In this document: one piece after another, positions 26,242 through 35,748 of the stretch
Position numbering within the stretch: the stretch's first letter is position 1
Layout of the letters: every line of letters starts with the position of its first letter
Source: Octopus sinensis
Taxonomy: Eukaryota
Direction: 5' to 3'
DNA: 64,000 nt
NCBI RefSeq assembly: GCF_006345805.1
Contig: NC_043000.1
Coordinates: forward strand, 150,474,001-150,538,000
Notes under the pieces: model-generated
Database searches by the model: none
Seen by the model: only the letters and a program-made list of their open reading frames with translations
What the model was told of the DNA's origin: nothing
Program-made: the position numbers and the translations under genes

Positions 26242-27998
26242 CATCATCATCATTTAACGTCCGCTTTCCATGCTAGCATGGGTTGGATACATACATACAT
26301 ACATACATACACACACTTAAGTCCTCTCACATTCTGAGATGCATAAGGTTGTCAGCTTTCTCTGGTGTAGTTGATCTGATGCTGTTCTTTCCATTCTTCT
26401 CCAACTGATTCTCATGCATTTGAGGTCTTTCTGGAATGGTGATTCTTGTCTGGTCTTTGTTCTGGTGTCCAGCAGGTTGTGGAACATACAGACAATTTCT
26501 ACTATTTGGGCAATGTGACCAGCAGATTTGGCAAAGCAACGGCCATCCAACAAATGTGCCACATCTGGGCAATAAGAGTCATCAGTGTTGACATGAAGGT
26601 TCATTCGTATAGTGTAATAGTTCTGCAGTTGGTTCCCTATGGAAGTGAAATTAGGAAAGTGTTGGTGAAAGTCATCAAAAAGCTGGATGTATTGCATTAG
26701 CAATGCCTACAGAAGATCCTTGAAGTTACCTGGTAGAATCATCATCATCATCGTTTAGCATCCACTTTCCATGCTGGCATGGGTTGGACTGTGCAACTGG
26801 GGTCTGGGAAGCCAGAAGGCTGCACCAGGCCCAGTCTGATCTGGCAATGTTTCTACGGCTGGATGCCCTTCCTAACGCCAACCACTCCATGAGTGTTGTG
26901 GATGCTTTTTATGTGCCAGACGAGGCTGGCAAACGGCCCCGATCGGATAGTGTTTTTTATGTGCCACCAGCATGGAGGCCAGACGAGGCTGGCAAACGGC
27001 CACGATCGGATGGTGCTTTTTACGTGCCACCGGCACGGAGGCCAGGCGAGGCTGGCACACGGCCACGATCGGATGGTGCTTTTTACGTGCCAGACGAGGC
27101 TGGCAAACGGCCACGGTCGGATGGTGCTTTTTATGTGCCGCCGGCACGGAGGCCAGGCGAGGCTGGCAAACGGTCACGATCGGATGGTGCTTTTTACATG
27201 CCACCGGCACGTAGAAATCCATCTGTGAAGGAAGTCCTAACCACTGCAAAATACCGTGTTGTTTCTATGTTAATTGAACATTACTCTGTGATGTTCAGTT
27301 AGCATATTGAGAGTCCATTGAGTGAGAACAGGACACAGTATAGCAGTGGAACATAAATGTTGTTTAACCCCAGTTCAATCCTGATTGTGCAGAAATATGA
27401 TCAAAGGCTGTTCAGCCATGACCATTCCTTCTTTCATTTGAGGCAGAGTGTATCTAAGACTGCATTACCCAATGCCTTACTTCTTTTTTTAAGGCTATGC
27501 ATTGAATGTATCACCATTGCAAGCTGAACATTTCTCTGGCTATGGTTAGTGGACATGCACCAAGGACAGGTGGATTTGTTTTCCTGTCTGAAGCTTAAAC
27601 GAGACTTGTGCTTCAATGGTAAGCAGGAGAGGAGCATAGAAAACTACAAATAAACTGCTGGAAGGCCATGGGGAACCAGTTCTGTATATTTCACAAGAAA
27701 CCACTCGTGAATCTTCAGAATTTGGCATGAAGGTCTCTGCTAATGCCTGTAAAACAAGCACAGCATGTAAAGAAAGAAAGAGAGACGTAATCCTTATGGC
27801 AAATGACAATTTACACATAACCTTAATGGACAATTACATTAACAAAAAGAAAAACAAATTTATACTGCAAAAAAAAAAAAATTCTATAAATGAATCTTGA
27901 ATGTTTTTTTTGTCTTTTTAGTTGTCATGGAATTATTACAGATGAAAGTTCAAGCTCAACTGGCTGCTCAGCAAGCGCCAAGCACAGTGAATTCATAA
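19759..27998 (+). CDS. PFDN5: Prefoldin subunit 5, complete, 156 aa; join 19759-19836, 23011-23145, 23800-23874, 25616-25721, 27922-27998
   Basis: [156 protein letters not shown]; alpha-prefoldin signature LVPLTxSMYVPG...[10 protein letters not shown]; 471 nt in frame. Confidence 0.97.
22466..22813 (-). mobile_element. SINE family A
   Basis: Family A copy with small internal deletion. Confidence 0.88.
23011..23145 (+). CDS. PFDN5: PFDN5 exon 2 (135 nt)
   Basis: tttatttcag| acceptor; ends TCT|GTATCCTT (U12 donor). Confidence 0.95.
23146..23799 (+). other. U12-type (minor spliceosome) GT-AG intron, PFDN5 intron 2 (654 nt)
   Basis: 5' end GTATCCTTTT; branch-site-like TCCTTAAT at 23781-23788, about 10 nt before the AG; no polypyrimidine tract. 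Confidence 0.9.
23320..23497 (-). mobile_element. CR1-type LINE 3' UTR fragment inside the PFDN5 U12 intron
   Basis: Near-identical to 10680-10860. Confidence 0.85.
23800..23874 (+). CDS. PFDN5: PFDN5 exon 3 (75 nt)
   Basis: [25 protein letters not shown]; ccag| and |GTTTGT. Confidence 0.95.
24314..24713 (-). mobile_element. Non-autonomous Helitron (400 bp)
   Basis: 5' TC, 3' hairpin CCCGAGCAACGCCGGG then CTAG, inserted between A and T, no TSD. Confidence 0.85.
25616..25721 (+). CDS. PFDN5: PFDN5 exon 4 (106 nt)
   Basis: [35 protein letters not shown]; tttcag| and G|GTAAGC. Confidence 0.95.
26005..26065 (+). ncRNA. Type I hammerhead ribozyme motif (Penelope-like), sense in PFDN5 intron 4
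   Basis: Stem I CTCTA/TAGAG, core CTGAAGA (26010-26016), long stem II, GAAA (26046-26049), stem III ATTG-att-CAAT, cleavage triplet AUA; A.C mismatch at 10.1-11.1. Confidence 0.7.
26740..27212 (-). mobile_element. RTE-type LINE 3' fragment with mixed 45/63-bp tandem modules
   Basis: (CAT)n tail and repeated GACGAGGCTGGCAAACGGCCACGATCGGATGG module. Confidence 0.85.
27922..27998 (+). CDS. PFDN5: PFDN5 exon 5 coding part (77 nt)
   Basis: ctttttag| acceptor, (V)[27 protein letters not shown] stop. Confidence 0.92.
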
Positions 27999-28076
27999 GG
28001 AACAATGAAGTCGGAACATTGTTACATCTTCAATAACTAGCAAAACAAAATAACCTTTAAAATCAACATCCCTTTA

Positions 28077-28082
28077 AATAAA
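28077..28082 (+). terminator. Candidate PFDN5 polyadenylation signal
   Basis: AATAAA 79 nt after the stop codon. Confidence 0.5.
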
Positions 28083-28375
28083 AAGCTTCTACTGGAATGA
28101 CTACTGGTCTTTATTTATTAAAAAGTTTGAGAGAGAAAATGGGATGTTTTATTCTGAATTAATATTTTCAATTTTCTTATTAAACTTTTGAAGAAAAATC
28201 TAGTAATAATTGTGACGTATATTTGCCATTTGAATATGGCTAACCCCTAAGGGTGGATGCTACTGTAGTTTGTAGCCCCAGGAGGACACCTCATCCAGCT
28301 GGCTATAGACACACTTTCTGTGCTCTATCAGTATTTGCAAAGGGAAGCCATCCTTCCCGTTTTCAACTTATGATA

Positions 28376-28420
28376 CACACAGACTCGAGTTTCAGGGTAT
28401 TGACCCGTCATCGGCGTGTG
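28376..28420 (-). ncRNA. Minimal type I hammerhead ribozyme motif with U4C core
   Basis: Stem I CACACG/TGTGTG, core CCGATGA, stem II GGGT-caat-ACCC (closing C.T mismatch), GAAA, palindromic stem III ACTCGAGT, GUC triplet. Confidence 0.68.
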
Positions 28421-28789
28421 ACAATCATAGTTGTCGACAAGAAGTAAGGTTCCCTTCACAAATACATATACTTTTTCCAGTATTGATTGACACTGATATG
28501 TGTTGCTGCTATTGTTTATAACTCGCTCTGAGATTTATCATTGTCTAGTAATAATGTTTTTCACCATCATTGTTTACCATCTGCTTCCCCATGGGTTGAA
28601 CAAAATTTGTTGAGGTGGATCTTCTATGTCAGATGCCCTTCCTATTGCCAACTCTCACCTGTTTCCAAGTAAGGTAAATATTTCCTATGACCAGATGTGT
28701 TTCCATGAGAGATTGGAAACGATGAACACCACTTACATGATGTCAAGGCAAGTAAACAGCAATACATGTGTGTATGTATATATATATAT

Positions 28790-29088
28790 ATCACCACCAC
28801 CATGACCGACCAGGCTATCAGATGTTGCTACACATCGCTGGTCACAATGCGCTTCGCATTGATTTAGCCTTCAAATGACGCCACCCTGCTGGCTAAGTGA
28901 GCAGGCCAACAGAAGAAAGTTGTGGCGAAAAAGTACAGCAGGGATCGCCACCACCCCCTGCTGGAGCCTCGTGGAGCTTTAGGTGTTTTTGCTCAATAAA
29001 CACTCACAACACTTGGTCTGGGAATCGAAACTGCAATCCTATGACCGCGAGTCCGCTACCCTAACCACTGGGCCATTGCGTCTCCACA
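28790..29088 (-). mobile_element. tRNA-derived SINE, family-B head with a different 3' module
   Basis: Shares head and core to CCACAACTTTCT, then diverges. Confidence 0.8.
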
Positions 29089-29588
29089 CACGCACAGCAG
29101 GCTTCTTTTAGTTTCCATCAACCAAATACACCGAAGGCTTTGTCAGCCTGAAGCTATAATGGAAGACACTTGCCCAAGGTGATGCACAGCCTCAAATTAT
29201 CAAGTAGAGGTTAATGGCAAAATTAAACTTGGGTTTTATTTTGACTATTTGGAACACCATATCGCTGCGCATATTCAATTAGACTAATCTCAGTACTTTG
29301 GTAACTTCTGAAGTGGACCAGATTTGAACTAAGAAGGTAAAAGAACATTTTGTCCAACCTCTGATTCTGTTCCTTTTTAGGTTTAATTTCAAAGCAAAAT
29401 TAACGTTCAGAGGAAAAAAAATGTAAACAATGATATTACACAGTGACTTAAAAATCATCTTTGAATTTTTAGTGACCATTAAAAAAAAACGTCTTTGTAT
29501 ATGCCTTCTTTTCTAATATCCTGAACCTTTAATGTAAATTGAGAAATTACTATGAGTAAATGTGAAATATAGTCAAATTAGTGCTAAC

Positions 29589-29862
29589 ATCATCATCATC
29601 ATCATCGTTTAACGTCCGTTCTCCATGCTAGCATGGGTTGGACGGTTTGACCGGGGATCTGGGAAGCCAGAAGACTGCCCCAGGCTCCGGTCTTATCTGG
29701 CAATGTTTCTACAGCTGGATGCCCTTCCTAACGCCAACCACTCCGTGAGTGTAGTGGGTGCTTTTTACGTGCCACCTGCCCTGGAGCCAGGCGAGGCTGG
29801 CATCGGCCACGGTCGGATTGGTGCATTTTACGTGCCAACTGCACGGAAGCCAGTCGAGGCGG
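29589..29862 (-). mobile_element. RTE-type LINE 3' fragment
   Basis: Family 3' UTR and (CAT)n tail; further copies near 4688, 11470, 21858, 44400, 45500, 46190, 49580, 57478, 58420. Confidence 0.85.
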
Positions 29863-30596
29863 CATAAAATAAAAAATGGGAATCGTTACACTCCTCTCCT
29901 CCCGACCAGATCCAGTCCAGTCGGTGGGGGTCTCTCATCAATGAGAAAGGCCTTGAAATAATGAGTTCTCTCTACACCTGAAACCAACTGGCATCCATTC
30001 AGCAGAGCTTTTTTGATTGAAAGCACTTGCACGAAGAAGCTATTTACAATTCTCCCCATTAAATATGGGAGACAACTTGGGAAATATTTCTGTAATTATT
30101 AGTATCTTCGCAATATTTGATGCTTTATTAATTAAACCATTTTGTCAGCTCACTTTATACCCTCTGGAACACCAACATAGTTGCTAGGTTCCACTAGAAC
30201 TATACTTTACCAATGTTTAATCCTTTAGCTTTCAGATTACTCCTTCAAATGTAATATTTATTCACAGTTTCCAGTTAATCAGGCTTTATCCTATAGCATT
30301 GAGGTTTTGATGATGTAATCATTTATTTTTAGAATTATATTGTAGCGTAAGTGTGAGAAGCTAGATCAAACCACTTTTAACATTAAACAGAATATATTTG
30401 TGCTAGTTTAAATTCAAAGATATTGAACTGATGTTTATGTGTCAATCATTTTTCATCATTATCATTTTATTGTCCACTTTTCCTTGTTTGGGTTGGACAG
30501 AATCGAAGATGATCTTTTTGTTCGGACACCCTTCTTGTCCCCAACACTTACTTGTTTCCAAGTTCAGTCTTAATTCTCATGTCTGGACATGTTTAA

Positions 30597-30815
30597 CCCT
30601 TTAGTATTCTGATTATTCTATCAAACATAATGCTTATTGATTCACATTGATTTGAATTAATCATGCATTATCTCATATATTCAAGATCTTGATGGTGTAA
30701 TTACTTAATGTAGAATAACATTGTAGGGTAGGTGTGAGAGCCTGGATCTGGTCAGTTTGAACATAAAGCAGATTAAATATTTTGACGGGATATGGCCGGT
30801 TTAAATACTAAAGGG
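30597..30815. mobile_element. piggyBac-type MITE (family 2)
   Basis: TTAA TSDs, TIRs CCCTTTAGTATT / AATACTAAAGGG, unrelated interior. Confidence 0.8.
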
Positions 30816-31003
30816 TTAAAAGGAAGATTAGAAATAAATGTCATGCTAGTATGATGATAACACTCATTTACAACTACTGCACAATTGTCAAGATGAACAC
30901 CTGATGAGCCTCTTAGTTTCTGTCAACCAAATCAACTCACAAGACTGGTCTGCCTAGGGTTAGACGACACTTGCTCAAGGTGCCATACAGTGGGACTGAA
31001 ACT

Positions 31004-31385
31004 GGGAAGCACTCCGTCGGTTACGACGACGAGGGTTCCGGTTGATCCGATCAACGGAACAGCCTGCTCATGAAATTAACGTGTAAGTGGCTGAGCACTC
31101 CACAGACACGTGTACCCTTAACGTAGTTCTCGGGGATATTCAGCGTGACACAGAGAGTGACAAGGCCGGCCCTTTGAAATACAGGTACAACAGAAACAGG
31201 AAGTAAGAGTGAGAGAAAGTTGTGGTGAAAGAGTACAGCAGGGATCACCACCATCCCTGCTGGAGCCTCGTGGAGCTTTAGGTGTTTTCGCTCAATAAAC
31301 ACTCACAACGCCCGGTCTGGGAATCGAAACGGCGATCCTTTGACCGCGAGTCCGCTGCCCTAACCACTGGGCCATTGCGCCTCCA
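31004..31385 (-). mobile_element. tRNA-derived SINE (family B), full length, nested in an older SINE
   Basis: Near-identical to 9934-10317; 13-bp TSD TGGGACTGAAACT at 30991-31003 and 31386-31398. Confidence 0.92.
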
Positions 31386-31436
31386 TGGGACTGAAACTAT
31401 GTGGATACAAAGTAAACTTCTGAACCACATAGCCAT

Positions 31437-33995
31437 CATCATCATCATCATCATTTAACGTACACTTTCCATGCTGTCATGGGTTGGATGGTTTGACTGA
31501 GGACTGGTGAGCCAGATAGCTGCACCAGGCTCCAATCTGATCTGGCAGAGTTTCTAAAGCTGGATGCCCTTCCTAACACTAACAACTCCGAGTGTGAAGT
31601 GGGTGCTTTTTACATGCCACCAGTACAAGGGCCAGTCAGGCGGTACTGGCAATGGCCACGCTCGAATGGTATTTTTTATGTGCCACTTGCACTGGCAAGG
31701 ATCTTGCTCGAATGTTGTTTTTCATGTGCTGGTAACGATAATGCTTGAATGGTGCCTTTTACGTGCCACTGGCAACTATCACACTTGGATGGTGCTCTTA
31801 ACGTTCCACTAGCACAGATGCCAGTCAGGTGGTGCTGTCATCAGCCACGTCAGTGAATGTGATTTCAATTTCACTTGCCTCAACAGGTCTTCACAAGCAG
31901 AGTTTAGTGTCAAATGAAAGAAAGTGGGCTGGTGGCACCACTGGTTATGGTCTCACTTGGTTTGCCAGGTTTTCTCAAGCACAGCATATTTCCAAAGGTC
32001 TGTCACTAGTTGTTGTCTTGGTGAGGACTAATGTTCGAAGGTCGTGCTTCACCACCTCATCCCAAGTCTATCTCTTCCACATGTTCCTTTAACCATTTGG
32101 GTGTGACACTTTTTCACACAGCTATCCTCCTCCATGGCCATACCAGCGCAAACGTCTCTCTTGCACACTACATTTGATGCTTCTTAGGTCCAACTTTTCT
32201 CTCAAGGAACTTACACTCTGTCGTATATGCACTGATATTACACATCCAGCGGAGTATACTGGCTTCATTCCTTGCAAACTTACGCATGTCCTCAGCAGTC
32301 ACAGCCCATGTTTCACTGCCATGTAGCATGGCTGTTCGTACACATGCGTCATACAGTCTGCCTTTTACTCTGAGCGAGAGGCCCTTTGTCACCTGCAGAG
32401 GTAGGAGCTCTCTGAACTTTTCCCAGGCTATTCTTATTCTAGCAGCTACTGACTTGATCACCTAGGTAACGGAAGCTGTCAACTGCTTCTAGTTTTTCCC
32501 CCTGGAATGTGGCAGTTGTTTTCTGCATATTTTCAGTTATTTATTGCTCCCGAGCATCTGCCACATACAAAAACTATCTTCCCATTTAGCCTTCCTTTGA
32601 TATTGCTGCACCTGTATCCATAGCTTACACTGGGTACATCTTATATTGCCTTCCTACTTATTAAGACTTTGGTTTTAGCTACGTTGACTCTAAGGCCCTT
32701 CGATTCTAATCCTTGCTTCCTCACCTGAAACTTTTCACACCCTAAACTTCATCTCCAGTTCTGATAGTGACTCAGCAATTAAAGCAAGGTCATCAGCATA
32801 GAGGAGCTCCCAGGGACATTCTATCTTGAATTCCTCTGTTATTGCCTGGAGGAGTGATAAATAGGAGGGGGTTGAGGACTGAACCTGGTGGACCCCTACC
32901 TCTACACAGAATTCTTCACTGTACTCATTGCCAACCCTCACCTTACTGACAGCATCTCTTGCACAGCTCTCACTAACCATTCATCTATCCCTAGTTTCCT
33001 CATTGACCACTAGATAAAGGATCAGGGGACCCTGTTGAAGGCTTTCTCCATGTCAACGAAAGCCAGGCTCAGGGATTTATCTTTGGCTAGGTATTTCTCC
33101 TGCAACTGTTTTACCAGAAACATAGCATTAGTGGTGCTTTTCCCTGGCACAAACCCAAACTGCATCTCATCTAGACTGACCTTCTCCCTAATTAGTTGGG
33201 CTAATGAAAGTCCCCGTGACTTTCATTACCTGATCCTGTAATTATTTGTATCTAATGCATCACCTTTACCTTCGTAGCAGTTGACTATAGTGCTGCTACA
33301 CCAGTCATTGGGTATGATTCCTTCATGTATCACCTGGTTGATTAGGCTGTAGCCGACACTGCCAGATATTTTGAGCATCTCTGAGGTGATTCCTGATGGG
33401 CCCGGGGCTTTCCCTATATTCATACCCTTAATTGCTTTATCTATCAAGGCACTCTCAATTTAGATAGCTGGTCCCTCTGTTGGGCTGGCATTCGGCAGGC
33501 TCTCTTCCTTCCATTCACTATCTTTACTTAGCAACCTTTCATAGTGGCATCTCCATACCTCTCTCTTTGCAGCCTCATTTAATACAAGTGAACCATCATC
33601 CATGTGGACATATTTCTCTCTCACACACTGTCTTGCAACAGGAAATACCTCAAGTCTTTGGTTCTCATGACAGAACATTGACAAATTTTTTCTTATCTGC
33701 TTCCCCGCTGGCTAAATAAACCTGTCTCCTAGCTTCCCCTTTGGCAGTCTGGTACCATTCCCTGCTACCACCGTTCTTCCAGTCCTTCCATGCCCGTTTC
33801 TTTTCCCTAATGGCCCTGTCAACAACATTGTTCCACCACCATGTTATCTTGGGTCGAGAGGGGACTTTGCAGCATCCACAGATCTGGTCCTTGGCCTTCA
33901 GCAGGTTGTCCCGTAGAAGCCTCCAGTTGTCTTCCACATCATGTGATGTTATATCCCCCTCTATTTCCTCAAAAGATTAGAGTAATACGTCTCTG
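31437..33995 (-). mobile_element. Degenerate 5'-truncated RTE-clade LINE (reverse transcriptase ORF remnants, 3' UTR, (GAT)n tail)
   Basis: Broken ORFs with GKAPGPSGITSEMLK, VGVHQ..., PWELLYADDLALIAES, RLYDACVRTAMLHGSETWA; 3' UTR identical in type to the many short (CAT)n-tailed copies. Confidence 0.92.
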
Positions 33996-34256
33996 AATGA
34001 CTGTACCAATTAGGTTGGCTCTTATTGTATATAACAGCCTCATGCTGACCAATTTTCTCTAAGTGAAATTTGGTAGTTTGCTCACAAATATGAAGTTTGT
34101 CATGAAGTGTATACATGGGTGTATATTTGTACACAGTAATTAAATTATCTTAAAAAGTATGTCAGATACAAAAGGAGGCACTCTGTATAAAATAGGTTCT
34201 CTGCCCATTTGATAAATAGCAGCTGAAATAGTGAGGTATAAATTACTAAAAGCCTT

Positions 34257-34577
34257 CATCATCATCATTGTTGTTCAACCATGGTCGAGACAATGGAATT
34301 TACCATGCTACGCCAGACTTCACGGTCCATCATGGCATTACGGAGGTCCTGTTGCTGGATGCCTGTATCCCTGGAGATTACATCAGGGTAGGAGAGTGTG
34401 CGCCCTCTGGTATTGCGAGTAGATGGCTTCCAGAGAAGAAGAGTAGAAATTACCTCTTTTTCAGCTCTACAACAATGTCCAGCAAACTGGACTCTCTTAC
34501 CTTTCACAAGAGATGTCACAGGTGGTAGTTTCCCATATATTTGCATTTTGGTTGGATGGCGCTTCCACGAGATTTTA
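34257..34577 (-). mobile_element. 3' end of second RTE-like LINE family
   Basis: ORF 34265-34546, same sequence family. Confidence 0.82.
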
Positions 34578-35587
34578 AAAGCCTTGAAAGAAGTATCCTA
34601 AAAGCCAGACCAATGATTGAAGCCAGTAAAATTACTAAAGCTTATAAAAAAATAACAGCCATTATCATTTAACATGACGGTTATGTTAGAACCAAATAAC
34701 AATATGAATATAAGTTTAGATGTACAATGTTTAATTTTAAAAACAGAACTGATTTAATTTTTAAATCATGAAAGAGCTTCTGTACAAATATGTGAAAACT
34801 GAAATTAAAATGAAAAATCATTTTAATTTGATATTTTAAGATTATAAGCAAGATAAATTGTGTGAACATTACTGAGATTATAAAGGTACTGATTCTCCAG
34901 GATTCAAATTTAAGAGAATCAAAATTTTTAATATTCTTTTCTACTCTAGGCAAAAGGCCTGAAATTTTCTTTGGCAGGAGGGGGCCAGTTGATCAGATCG
35001 ACCCCAGTATACAACTGGTACTTAATTTATCGACCCTGAAAGGATGAAAGCAAAGTCAACCTTGGCGGAATTTGAACTCAGAACCTTAAAGACAAACGAA
35101 ACACTGCTAAGCATTTCGCCCAGCGTGCTAACATTTCTGTCAGCCCACCACCTTAGAATTATTTTTAATATTACTAAATATACATATATTTACATAGCTG
35201 CCATTAAATGGCTTTATTCAAAGGGAAATGTTGACAGTATAATCAAAATAAAATGCAGCGTTTCAAAATATTTTTAGAAAATTTTATATTTCAACAAAAA
35301 TAAAATTTTTAAATTATGAAAGAGTTTCTACAAATGATGGGATGAACATTGAATTTAAAATGAAAAATAATCTTGATTTGATGTTTTAAAATTATAATCA
35401 ATATGTGTGAACATTATTGGCATGTTAAAGTATTTCTTGATTTTTCAGGAGTCAAGTTTAAAATAATCAGTGAGATTACTAAATATATTCATTATTTACT
35501 GTTTTCAAAGGAAACATTGAAAGTCTAATTAAAATCAAATGCAGCAGTTTAAAATAGCTTCAGAAAACAGAAAACTGTGTGAAATGT

Positions 35588-35748
35588 TCACTGTGTTAAT
35601 TTTTTACAGCACAAATTTATTTTCTCCTGGACATCTTGCAGTTTAACTGTTCGATTTAGTTTTAGGTATTTGCCATTCTGTGTGGTGGCCATGGAAATCC
35701 AGCTTGGTGCTACTTCTAGCAATAGTTCCAAATGCTTTTCAGCATCAA
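35588..35748 (-). CDS. CDT1: CDT1 exon 11 coding part (161 nt)
   Basis: (V)DAEKHLELLLEVAPSWISMATTQNGKYLKLNRTVKLQDVQEKINLCCKKLTQ*. Confidence 0.94.
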
